From the human T2T-CHM13v2.0 reference genome, Homo sapiens, in the NCBI RefSeq assembly GCF_009914755.1, contig NC_060933.1: a DNA stretch of 64,000 nucleotides; one strand, 5' to 3'. How positions within the stretch are numbered: position 1 is the first letter of the stretch; each line of letters starts with the position of its first letter. The translations under genes were made by a program, and so were the position numbers. Positions 44,314-55,947 of the stretch are shown piece by piece. The notes beneath the pieces are model-generated. The model saw only the letters and a program-made list of their open reading frames with translations, was not told where the DNA came from and searched no databases.

Positions 44314-45390
44314 TTGCACATTGATTTTGTATCCTGAGAATTTGCTGAAATTGCTTATCAGCTTAAGGAGTTTTGGGGATGAAATGATGGAGTTTTCTAA
44401 TTATAGAATCATGTTGTCTGCAATCATGGTGTCACTCAAGGAGGCTGGAGAACAGCAAGGATGGGTGCCTGCTCCTTCTTTTGGGATCTCTGACCTCAGG
44501 GGCACCAAGCTGATGTCAGTAGGATTGCTCCTGTACAGGGTGTCTGACAGCTTCTGTTGGAGGGCCTCACCCAGTTGGGTGACACGGGGAACAGGATCTG
44601 TTTAACAAAGTACTTTGACTATTCCTTGGTGGAGGGGGTGTACTTTGCTGGGGAGAAGCCCACTTGTCTGGGCTGCTCAAATTCCTCAGAACTACTAGGA
44701 GGAAAGGCTAAGTCTGCTGGCCCACAGAGTCTGTGGACACTCCTCCCCCTAGGGGTTCGGGTCCAGGGAGATCAGCGTTCTGTTCTTGAACCTCTGGTTG
44801 GAGTTGTTGGAGTTCCTGCAGGGAGGCCCCGCCCAGTGAGGAAGGATGGGTCAAGGTCAGGCCTAAAGAGGCTCTCTGGCCACAGTCTGCCACAGCTGCT
44901 ATGTTGGGCTGTGAGGGACATCTCTTGGGATTAAGCTATCCAGCCTCTCTGGCTCCAGCAGGGGAAAAGCGTGGTCTGGAGCTACAGAAATGGATGCTCC
45001 TCTTCCCACACCCAGGGAGCATAGCGTGTTAGGCATGTATAAGTCCCAGTGCTGGCTGCTGTCTTTCCCTGCTGGCTGCTGTGGCCTGGGTTCATGAGAG
45101 GGATCTTCTGATCCACGGGTTGCACAGTTCCATGGAAAAAGTGCGATTTCCCTGGGTGGGTAGCACGCACAGCATGGGAGCTCCTGTGATCCATGTGGCT
45201 CTGAGGTGGACTGCTGCACCACACTGCTCTTCCTCCTTCTTTGTGGATCATGCCAGCCTCCTAGTCATTTCTGATGAGAGAAGCTGGATACCTTGGTTGC
45301 TGGTGCAGGATTCACACACTATTTATGATTCTTTTTGATGGAAGTCTCTGATTGCTGCTGCTTCTAGTTGGCCATCTTAGCCCCACCCTC
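44314..45390 (-). mobile_element. L1P3-type (L1PA8A-12-like) 5' UTR fused to a ~110-bp ORF2 RT fragment; no 3' end
   Basis: Sense 5' end gagggtggggctaagatggccaactagaagcagc (YY1 site 45370-45378); ORF2 piece 44314-44422 (ttgcagacaacatgattc...ggatacaaaatcaatgtgcaa in sense). Confidence 0.85.
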
Positions 45391-48300
45391 TAAAGTGTGT
45401 TTTATGTAGGCAACAGATCATTGGGTCTTTTTTTTTTTTTTTTAAATCCATTCAGCTACTGTCTTTTGATTGGAGAGTTTAGTCCATTTACATTCAGTGT
45501 TATTAATGATAGGTGAGGCCTTACTCCGGCTATTATTATTTGGTTTCTGGTCGTTTTGTGGCCTTTTCTTCTTTTCCTCCTTTGTGTTTTCCTTGTAGTG
45601 AAGGTGATTTTTTCTGTTGGTATGAGTTACTTTGTTGCTTTTGATTTTTATTTTTGTATGTGTTTTGTTTTTTGATTTGAGATTACAGTGAGGTTTGCAA
45701 ACATCTTATAACCCATTATTTTGAACTCATGACAACTTAACACTGATTGCAAAACCAAAGTAAAGAGAAAACTAATAAAAATACATTTTCACTTCATCTT
45801 TACCCTCCCTCCACTCTAACTTTTTTTTGTTTCTATTTGTATCTTGTTATAATGTCTGTTTTGAAAAGTCATTGTAGTTATTTTTGATAGGTTCATACTT
45901 TAGTCTTTCTATGCAACATATGAGTAGTTTATATGCCACAATTAGTAGTATAACATTCTTTGTCTGTATGCTTACTTTTACTAGTGGGTTGTGTACCTTC
46001 TGATGGTTTCTTATCGCACATTAATGTTCTTTTCTTTCAGATGGCAGAATTCCCTTTACTATTTCTTGTAGGACAGGTCTGATGTTGACAAAATCAACTT
46101 TTGTTTATCTGAGAGTCTTTATTTATCCTTCATGCTTGAAGGATATTTTTGCTGATATACTATTCTAGGATAAAAGCTTTTTCCCCTCAGCAGTTTAAAT
46201 ATGTCATGCCACTCTCTCCTGCCCTGTAAAGTTTCTACTGAGAAGTTTGCTTTCAGATGTATTGAAGCTCTGTTGTATGTTGTTTGTTTCTTTTCTCTTG
46301 CTGCTTTTAGGATTCTTTCTTTATCCTTGACCTTTGGGAATTTGATTATTAAATGTCTTGAGGTAGTCATATTTGGGTTAAATCTGCTTGGTATTCTGTA
46401 AACTTTTTGTAGTTGAACATTAACATCTTCCTCTAGATTTGAAAAGTTCTTCGTTAGTATTCCTTTGAATCAGCTTTCTACCCTGATCTATTTTCTGTTT
46501 AAGGCCAAAAATTTTTAGATTTGCCCTTTTGAGGCTATTTTCTAAAGTTTGTAGGCATGCTTCATTCCTTTTTATTCTTTCCTCTTTTGTCTCCTCTGAC
46601 TGTGTATTTTCAAATAGCCTATCTTCAAACTCGTTAATTATTTCTTCCGCTTGAGCAACTATGATGCTGAAAGACTTTGTTGCATTCTTCAGTATGTCAA
46701 TTGAATTTTTCAACTTCAGAATTTCTGCTTGACTTATGAAAATTATTTGAACCTCTTCATTAAATTTATCTGATAGGATTCTGAATTCCTTTTCTGTGGT
46801 ATCTTGAATTTCATTGAACTTCCTCAAAACAGCTATTCTGAATTCTCTGTCTGAAAGGTTGCATATATCTCTCTCTGGGATTGGTCACTGGTGACTTATT
46901 TAGTTCATGTGGTAAGGTCATGTTTTCCTGGATGGTCTTGATATTTGGAAATGTTAATCAGTGTCTGGGTGTTGAAGATTTAGGTGCTTATTGTAGTCAT
47001 TGCAGTCTGGGCTAGTTTGTATTTGTCCTTCCTGGGAATTCTTTCCAAATATTCAAAGCGACTTTAGTGTTATGATCTAAGTCTTGCCATGATAGCCATA
47101 TGTGCATTAGGGGATGCCCCAAGCCCAGTAACACTGTGACTCTTGCAGACTCGTAGAGGCACCAGCTTGGTGGTCTTGTTTCACCTCTTCCCCAACTCCA
47201 GGCAGCTCAGGACAGAGAGACTCCATTTGTTTTAGAGAAAATAATGGAAGAGAAAAAGAGTCTCTGCCTGGTAATCTAGGAATTTCTTGGCTCTTAGCCA
47301 GGATGACCAAAGTAGTACCTATATGAGTCTGCAAGTGGGGTGACACAAGCACCTCTGTGGCCACTACCACTGAGACTGCACTGGGTCACACCTGAAGCCA
47401 AGGTCTCAACCAAGGCCTTCAGTGACCACTTCCTGACTCAAGGCCAAAGGGCTCTACAGTCGGCAGGTAGAAAATCCATCCAGGCTTCTGTCCTTTCCTT
47501 CAGGATGCTGAGTTACCCCTGGCCCAGGACAAGTGTAGAGATGCCATCCCAGAGCTAGGTCTTGGAGTCAGGAACCTTAGGTATCTACCTAGTGCTCTAT
47601 TCTACTGCAGCTGAGCTGGGATCCAAGCCACAAGACAAAGTCTCTCCCATTCTTCCCTCCCCCTTCCTCAAGCAGAGGAGTATCTTTGTGGCCACTGCTG
47701 CCCTAGGCCTATGGAGAATATTTCCTGACTACCGCCAGTGTTCTTTCATGGCCCAAAGTCTCTTCAGTCAGCTTGTGATGAATGCTGCCAGGCCTGGGTC
47801 TCTCCCTTTAAGGCTGGAGGTTTCCTCTGGCTATGAACAGGTCCAGAAATGCTGTCCAGGAGCTCAGGCCTGGAATGGGGAACCCCAGGAATCCCAGAAC
47901 CTACTTGGTTGTCTTCCTCACCGTGGCTGAGCTGTTACCTAAGCTGCAAGACAGCTGCCTTTACTCTTCTCTCTCCTTTTTTCAAGAAGGAGCCCTTCCC
48001 CATTTTTACCGTAGCTGGGAATATACTGGGTCACACCTGAAGCCAGCACAACTTTCAGTGTCATCCAAGGCCCACAACAAGTACTGCCTGTCTACCACTG
48101 CTGATTATTCAGGGGCCAGGGGCTCTTTATTCAGCAGGTAATGAATCCTGCCAGGACTGGGTTCTTTCCCTCAAGGAAAGAGGTTCTCTTCTGGCCGAGA
48201 GGGTGTCTAGAAATGTCATCTTGGAGCTAAGGCCTGGAGTGGGGGCCTCAGGAATCTGCCTCATGTCCTATTCTACTGTGGCTGAGCTGATATCAATGTT

Positions 48301-49018
48301 ACAAGACAAAGTCTTCTTTACTCTCCTATCTCCTCTCTTGAAGCCAAAGGAAGGAGCATCTCTCAAAGCTGTGAGCTGTGCTGCCTGGGTTTGGGGGATG
48401 GTGACACAAGCACTCCGATGATTGCCTTGGCTGTTGTCTTACTAGGTCCCATGCACCTCAAGTCCACTGGCTCTGAGCCCAGCACAGCACTGGGAATTGC
48501 AGTCCTTGTGGACTAGACTACCTTTCAAGTTTATTTAGGACCTCAGAGAATTTTAGCCATTGGTGGTGGGGCCTGCTGGAACCCAGATTCTGATGACTAG
48601 GATAGATTATTTGTCTCTGGCTGAGGCTCATCTCAGTTATCCCTCTGTGGGCAATGGATGAGTGCCACCCCATGTTGCTTTCTGTTGTGACAGGGTAGCA
48701 CTGAGTTCCAATGCAACCTTCCACAATCACTGTACTCTGTCTCCTCCAAGCACACAGATTCTCTTTATGGACCACGCAGGCACTGCTGGGGCATGGAGGA
48801 GTGGTAGTGTAGGCAATTCAAGACTGTCTTTCCTACCTTTTTCAGCACATCTTTCTCTAATGTGATGTTAAAACCAGGTACTATATTCCTCATCTGATTT
48901 TGGGTTCTCATGAAGTGCTTTTTTGGTATGACAAGTTGTTCAATTTGTTATTCCTGTTGGGGTGAGGGAATGATCTCTGGAGGTTTCTGTTTGGCAATAT
49001 TGTTCTATCTCCTCTGTC

Positions 49019-52000
49019 TGCTACTAATTTTTGTACATTGATTTTGCATCCTGAAGTTTTACTGAAGTAGTTTATCAGTGCAAGCAGCCTTTTGGTGAAG
49101 TCTTTTGGGTTTTCTAGGTATAGAATTATCATTAGCAAAGAGAGATAGTTTGATTTCTTCTTTTCCTATTCGGGTTCTTTTTATTTTTTTTCTTGTGCCT
49201 GATTGCTGTAGCTAGGACTTCCAGTACTATGTTGAATAGGGGTGGTGAGAGGGAGCATCCTTGTCTTGTTCCAGGTCTCAAGGGGAATGCTTCCAGCTTT
49301 TGCCCATTCAGTATGATGTTGTCTGTGGGTTTGACATACATGGTTCTTATTATTTTCAACTATGTTCCTTTGATGCCTAGTTTCTTGAGGGTTTGTGTCA
49401 TGAAGGAATGTTGGATTTTTCTGCATCTATTGAGATGATATAATTTTTGTCTTAAATTCTGTTTATGTGGTGAATCACATTTATTGATTTGAGTACGTTG
49501 AACTAAACTTGCCTTCCAGGAATGAAGCCTACTTGATTGTGTTAAATTAACTATTTGATGTGCTGCTGGATTTGATTTGCTAGTATTTTGTTGAGAATTT
49601 TTTCATCTACATTCATCAGAGATATTGGCCTGTCATTTTTCTTTTTTGTTATGTCTTTGCCAGGTGATGCTGGCTTTGCCTAATGACTTAGAGAGGTATG
49701 ATTTTGATTTTTTTGAATTTGTTGAAACTGGCTTTATGGCCAAGCATGTGGCCTATCTTGGAGTATTGTCTTTGTGTGTATGAGAAGAATGTGTATTCTA
49801 TGGTTGATGGATGGAGTATTCTGTAGATGTCTATTAGGTCCAATTGATCACATGTCGATTTAAGTCCAGAATTTCTTCATTAGTTTTGTGCCTTGATGAT
49901 CTATCTAACACTGTCAGTGGGGTGTTGAAATTCCCCACTACTATTGTGTGGCTAAGTCTTTTCAAAGGTCTAGAATTAGTTGTTTTATGAATGTAGGTTC
50001 TCTAATGTTGGGTACATATATATTTAGGATAATTAAGTCTTGTTGAATTGAATGCTTTATTATGTAATGCCCTTTGTCCTTTTTTTTACAGGTGTTGGTT
50101 CAAAGTCTGTTTTATCTAGTAGAAAAGTAGTGACTTCATGCTCTTTTTTGTTTTCTGTTGTGTGATAGGTCCTTCTTCAACCCTTTACTTTGAGCCTATG
50201 GGTGTTATTACATGTGAGATGGGTCTCTTGAAGATAGCAGATGGATGGCTCTTATTTTTTTTTAATCTAGCTTTCAACTGCTTTTTCAGTGGGGCCTTTA
50301 GACAATTTACATTCCAGGTTAATATTGATATGTAAGGTTTTGATCCTACTGTGAAGTTGTTAGCTGATCACTGTAGTTTCCATTTTGCAGTTGCTTTATA
50401 GAGTAAGTGAGCTATATACTTAAATGTGTTTTTGTAGTAGCAGGTATTTTTTCTTTTGTTTCTATGTTTAGAACTCCCTTAAATATGTCATGTAAGGCTG
50501 GTCTAGTGGTAACAAATTCCCCTCATGCTTGCTTGTCTGGAAAAGATTTTATTTCTCCTCAACCTATGAAGCTTAATTTGGCAGGATATAAAATTCTTGG
50601 TTGGAATTTCCTCTTTTAAAGAATGCTGAATATAGGCCCCCCAAATCTCCTGGCTTGTAAAGTTTCTGCTGAGAAGTCTGCTGTTAGCCTGATGGGGTTC
50701 TCTTTGTGTGTGATCTGATCTTTTTCTCCAGCTGCCTTTAAGATTTTCTCTTTAGCATTGACACTGGACACTGTGGTGACAATATGCCTTGTGATGTTCA
50801 CTTTGTATAGTATCTCACAGGTGTTCTCTGGATTTCTTGTATCTGGATATTTACTTCTTTTGAAAGATTAAGAACATTTCCTTGAATTGTTTTATTAAAT
50901 ATGTTTTTCAGGTTGTTGACTTTTCCCCCTTCTCTCTCAGGAATGCTAATAATTCATAGGTTTGTTTGCTTTTCTTAATCCTATATTTTGTGAGGATTTT
51001 CTTTATTAAAAAAAAATTTTTTTTCTGATTTAGTTAGCTCAAAAAAAAAAAAAAACCCCTGTATTCAAGCTCTGAGATTCTTTCTTCTTGGCTCAGTCTA
51101 TTGATAAATATTACAGTTATGTTTTGAAATTATTTGAGTTTTTCAATTCCAGACCTCTGATTAATTTCTTTTTAGGATGCTTATCTCTTTCTTCATTTCT
51201 TGGATTGCTTTAGAAGTTTCTTTGTATTGATTTTCAATATCGGTTTGAACCTCATTGAACTTTCCTGCAATCCGTGCTTTGAATTCTTTGTCTTTTCTGA
51301 GTTTCCTTTTTGTTTAGGGACCACTGCTGGAGAGCTAGTGTGATTTTTTTTTTTTTGATGGTGTCATTATATTCAGATTCTTCATGATGTCAGAATTCTT
51401 GCACCAATTCTTTCACATCTGGAGACATGACAATTCTAATTCTTGTAATTATTTTCATGTAGGTAAGATTTTTTCTTTTTTTTCCCCCTATGCTATTACT
51501 GTGTCTTATCTTTCCCTTTCCCCTACTTTTACTGAGTAGAGTCTTTTGGCTTTGCTTTTATATCTCTTTGTATTTCCTTTGGCAGGTTTTATATTTGGCT
51601 AAGTGGTTCAAGCTACAAGCTGGTAGATGATGCTTATGGGTAAAAGCTGGCTGCAGCCAACATGGCTGGGTATATATTTGATTCTTGATTACCAGGAGAA
51701 TCTCTCTATTGCCTCAGGCAATGGACTGATTCATGGAGTGCACAATGCTCTAAGCTCCCTGGTATGTTGGGTGAAGGGGCTGTCGGGGGCAAGACGGTGG
51801 GGCAAGATGGTGGGACAAGACTGCAAAGTCTCACCTACAGGTCTGCTAATGGCAGGCACAAGCACCAGCACTGAGGAAGAATCCAGTGAGTGGCCACCAA
51901 GAGCCCTGAGGTGTGCCTAGGCATGGAACTGGGAAACTCCCCTCAGTCCCAAGTTCTCTGCACAGGGATTGGGGGCAGCCTAAACTCATCCAGGTGAGTA

Positions 52001-52885
52001 GGTGCTCCAGATGCTGTAGATCTGCCTGGGTGTGGAGCAGAGGGGATCCCCTATACCAAGATCTTTGCACAGAAGAGGTGGGTAATTCAGGCTGCTGAAC
52101 AAGGCAAGCAAGTGACCTGAATCCCTGCAGATCTGCCTATGTAGGTAGCATAGAGGGCCCTCTTTCACTAGGATCTCTGCACAGGAAGGGTGTGGTGGCT
52201 TAGGCTCCTTATCCAGGAGACCTGGTGCTCTGAATGCCTGAAGATCTGCCTTGGCGTTGACCAGAGAGAGCCTCTCTGTGCCAGGATCTCTGCACAGGAA
52301 GGGTGGGGTGGGTCAGGCAGCTGATTTAGGTGAGTAGGAAAAGCTTGGAAATCTGCCTGCACATGGAGTGGAGAGGTGCCCCCAAAACAAGATCTGTACA
52401 CAGGAAGGGTGGGGTGACTTAGGCTGCTGACCAAGGAAAGCAAACACTCTGAATGCCTGGAGATCTGCCTGAATGTGTATTGGTGAGGGCCCTCTTGCAC
52501 CTGTATCTCAGCACAGGAAGGGTGGGTCAGCTTGGGCTGCTTATCCAGGTGAGTGGATGTTCTGGATGCCTGCAGATCTGCCTGGGCTGCTGTGGAGAGG
52601 GTCTCATTGCACCACGATCTGTGTCCAGAAAGAGTGAGGTGGCATGGGCTGCTGAATCAGATGAGTGGGTGCTCTAAATGCCTGGAGATCTGCCTGGGCA
52701 TGAAGCAGAGACGGCTTCTCTGAACCAGGATCTTGGCACAGGATGGGTGGAGCATGTCAGGCTGTTGATCAAGCTGAGTGGGTGCTCTGAATGCCCAGAA
52801 ATCTGCCTGGGGGGTAGAGCAGAAAGAGCCCTGCTATATCACAATCTATGCCAGGTAGGGCAGCTGAGGTTGCTGGTCCAGGCAA
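49019..52885 (-). mobile_element. L1PA16-like element, 5' segment (ORF2 with a ~0.8-kb internal deletion near 49697, ORF1, 5' UTR)
   Basis: ORF2 remnants [18 protein letters not shown]; ORF1 remnant KEKILKAAGEKDQITHKENPIRLTADFSAETLQARR; repeat-containing 5' UTR. Confidence 0.9.
51950..52885 (-). repeat. ~112-bp tandem array (~8 degenerate units) in the L1 5' UTR
   Basis: Anchor a(g/a)atctgcct at 52018, 52129, 52242, 52349, 52461, 52574, 52686, 52799 (spacing 107-113). Confidence 0.92.
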
Positions 52886-52887
52886 CA

Positions 52888-53337
52888 TGTATATACAAGA
52901 GCCTTCAGAATGAAGAACCCAACTCCCAATGAGGTACAGAAGCTTATATACCATTTTCAGGTTACAGAAAGAATGGAGGCTCAGAGAATGGCCACAAACA
53001 GTGGGTAAGACAGGTCATGGAATGGAGAAAGAAAGAGGCCTGGCTAGCAAATGTGGCCTTGTTATGTACGTAAAATCTCACAGGTAGCAGCCCTCAGAGA
53101 GAATAAATGATAATTTTTTTTTCCAGAACTTTAAAGATGTCAGACTCTCAGTTAATCTATTCTCAATCTGGGAAAGGCCTAGAAAGGGAAGTCTTGGTTG
53201 CATTAATGGAGATTCTTTACAGATGCAAATTTCCCCCACAAAATTTCATGGCCAATTGAGTCTGCTGGCCCTGTGGCAGTCATTTTAAAATATGTCAAAG
53301 AAATGTATTTTGGGGTAAAATATTTTGATTTTCTTCA
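52888..53337 (-). mobile_element. MER39-like ERV1 LTR, 5' part only
   Basis: antisense of tgaag..aatcaaaatattttaccccaaaatacatttctttgacatattt; aggtagcagccctcagagagaata. Confidence 0.8.
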
Positions 53338-53662
53338 ACTCCTTATCATGCCTACAAGATACGACTAAAACAAGAATTGGTGTATGTGACACAATTCTTT
53401 TACTCGATGTATGTGGAAAACTGAGGGGGATTTTCACGCATAATTGGAGACATCTGTATGTGAAAATCAATGTTCATTGTTTCACCAGTTTATCAATTAT
53501 TCCTTTCCACAAGAAATAATCACTGAAAACTTTTTTCTGTACCATCTGCTTCCTTGTCTCTGGGGTGCATCCTTCCCTGAGGACCCGTTCCTGGCTTTTT
53601 GCTTCTCTAAGACCTGTACTCGTAACCCAGCAAACCAAACAGCCCAAACCAAATCAAATAAA

Positions 53663-54079
53663 TTTTTTTCTTTAACTTTTAAGTTTCGGGGTACATGTGC
53701 AGGATGTGCAGGTTTGTTACATAGGTAAACATATGCCATGGTGGTTTGCTGTACAGATCAACCCATCACCTAGGTATTAAGCCCAGCATCCATTAGCTAT
53801 TCTTCCTGGTGCTCTCCCTCCTCCCCACACCCACTGAGAGGCTCCAGTGTGTGTTCCCCGACTACTGTGTCTGTGTGTTCTCATCATCCAGCTCCCACTT
53901 ATAAGTGAGAACATGCAGTGTTTGGTTTTCTGTTCCTGCATTTGTTTGCACTGAAGATAACAGCTTCCAGCTCCATGTCCCTGCAAAGGACATATCTCAT
54001 TCCTTTTTATGGCTGTGTAGTATTCCATGGTGTATATGTACCATATTTTCTTCATCCAGTCTATCACTGATGGGCATTT
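53663..54079 (-). mobile_element. Short 5'-truncated L1PA (L1PA8-10-like) 3' end
   Basis: ggtacatgtgcaggatgtgcaggtttgttacataggtaaac...cccagcatccattagctattc; approximate TSD caaatc(g)aaat. Confidence 0.93.
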
Positions 54080-54594
54080 CAAATCGAAATTAAACACAAA
54101 TTTCCTTTCACTCTTTGAAGAAATATCTGCTACCTTCTTAGGCAGAACAAAAGCATTTATTATTTTCTCTATTTATTCTTAATCCAGACTAGGCTATAGC
54201 TATACATTTCATAAACATGGCCTCTCAAATAAAAGAATGATTTGTTTCCTCAAGAGAAATTGTGTTGTTTTCTTAGAGTAATGGGCTCACACTTAGCCAG
54301 CTTTTAAAATACTATTTCCCCATGCACAACATGAGAAGGATAATTTCTATAATATGGACTCATCACAAGGATTTAGTGAGACATCATTTTTAGTCCAAGT
54401 AAGGAAGCTTGTCAGATGGCCGTGTGAACTTAGCCTATGAGCTTGTGAGGCTTTTCCTGGGACAAAGAAAGGATTCCACAAAAGAAGTACTAGTGACTCT
54501 TTGCAAGGACTCTGCATACCTACCATAAACCTTAGTAATTTTTTTGTGTGTGTGAGTACATACATGTACATGTGCAATTCACTCATTATTGATA

Positions 54595-54725
54595 ATTTTT
54601 CATAATTATCTCCTATATCATAGAAATTTTGCTTCCCTTAGAACTGTTGTGAGGATTAAATTTATATAGAGTGTTTAGCATAATGTCTGGCATGTGGTAA
54701 ATGCTCAATCAGTTGTAGTTACCTT
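54595..54725 (+). mobile_element. MIR SINE
   Basis: gttgtgaggattaaatt...tagcataatgtctggcatgtggtaaatgctcaat. Confidence 0.8.
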
Positions 54726-55218
54726 TTCTACTATTTTTACTGCCTTTTATATGTGAAGGAAAGGGACAAATAGAAAAATTGAAATGATGGCCAATGAGAT
54801 AAAAAAAAAAATAGAGCCAAAACTGTGCATAGACGCCACCCAAACAGATAATCCAGACTTAAATCTGCTCCAAGCAAAGAGAAAAAGAGGCAGAATTAGA
54901 AAAATCTGGTTTAGGATCCACTGTAGAAAATCGCAGTGGCCAAAATGCTTTATATTTGGAAATGAATTGGAAATTCTTGCTGGGTTGGGCAGATGGGTAA
55001 GCACAGCCTGAAATCAAGTAACACTGACCCAAACTAAGCAACTAATGAAGAAAACAAACTTTCCCCTTACATGGGAAAGAGTGATGTCAGTGAACATGTG
55101 TGGCTCATTTTACACTTTACAAAGCCCTTCCTTACTTTGCTTTGAGTTTTACTCAGCCTCATGAGATAAGGTAGAGAAAACATCAATATCTTCACTTTCC
55201 ATGCAACAAAAGGGGCTA

Positions 55219-55947
55219 TATAATCACCTGACAAGTTCTTCCTGCCCACTGCATAGACAAAACCAGTTCACTGAGACCATGGAATTATAGTAAAGAAACT
55301 GTTTAATTAACATGAGGCTGGCCATGTGTGGAAACTAGAGTTATCACTCACATTAGTCTCCCCTGAAAGCTCAAAGGTTAGGGTTTTTTAAGGATAGCCT
55401 GGTGGGCAGGGGGCTAGGAAATGGGGAATGTTGATTGGTTGGGGATGAAATCATAGGGGTATGGAAAAATGGTCCTTATGTGCTGAGTCAGCCTCTGGGT
55501 GGGGACCACAGGACCACTTGAGTAATGAGTTGTGGGTCTGGGTGGACTCAGTCACCAGAAATGCAAAAGTCTACAAAGACATCTCAAAAGGTCAATCTGA
55601 GATTCTGCGATAGGGATGCTACCTACAGGAGTAACTGGGGAACTTACAAGTCTTGTGACCTCCTGAACGATGGCTGGTAATAGTTTAACTATGCCTGCAT
55701 CTTAGCAGTATTCAGGCCCCTCTCATAATCCCAATCTTGTAGGCTTTCATTAGTTTTACAAAGGGGGTTAAGTTTTGGGAGGGACTATTACTATCCTTGC
55801 TTTAAACTATAAACTAAATTCTTCTCATGGCTAGCCTGATCTATGCCCAGGAACGGGTGAGGACGGCCAGCCTATAAACCAGAAGCAAGATGAAGTCAGC
55901 CATGCTAGATTCCTCTCACTATCATAATCTTTGCAAAGGTGGTTTCA
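55219..55947 (-). mobile_element. LTR8 (A/B-like) ERV1 solo LTR
   Basis: gttcttcctgcccactgcatagacaaaacc...cataatctttgcaaaggtggtttca (antisense of tgaaaccacctttgcaaa). Confidence 0.9.

Larger units (their letters stand above)
40789..49018 (-). mobile_element. Near-full-length L1MA2/3-like element nested in L1PA16
   Basis: 3' UTR catcatctcaagcatttatcc...gtagtcaccctgttgtgctatcaaatactag; ORF2 remnants ([15 protein letters not shown]); ORF1 remnants 46119-46827 (KERILKAAREKKQ...FSVETLQGRREW); ~2-kb 5' UTR; TSD tgctact(t/a)attttt at 40775-40788 and 49019-49032. Confidence 0.9.

Noticed and set aside
44415-44435. 5'UTR-to-ORF2 fusion as a spliced L1 transcript
   Set aside because: The would-be acceptor ttgcag is retained at the junction and a 4-nt filler is present, which fits a deletion or end-joining better than GT-AG splicing.
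42899-50801. ORFs with clear L1 ORF1p/ORF2p similarity
   Set aside because: Short fragments broken by stops, frameshifts and deletions; no element here can encode functional L1 proteins.
51950-52885. Regularly spaced repeat resembling a CRISPR array
   Set aside because: Whole ~112-bp units are homologous with no unique spacers, there are no cas genes, and it lies in an L1 5' UTR in human DNA.
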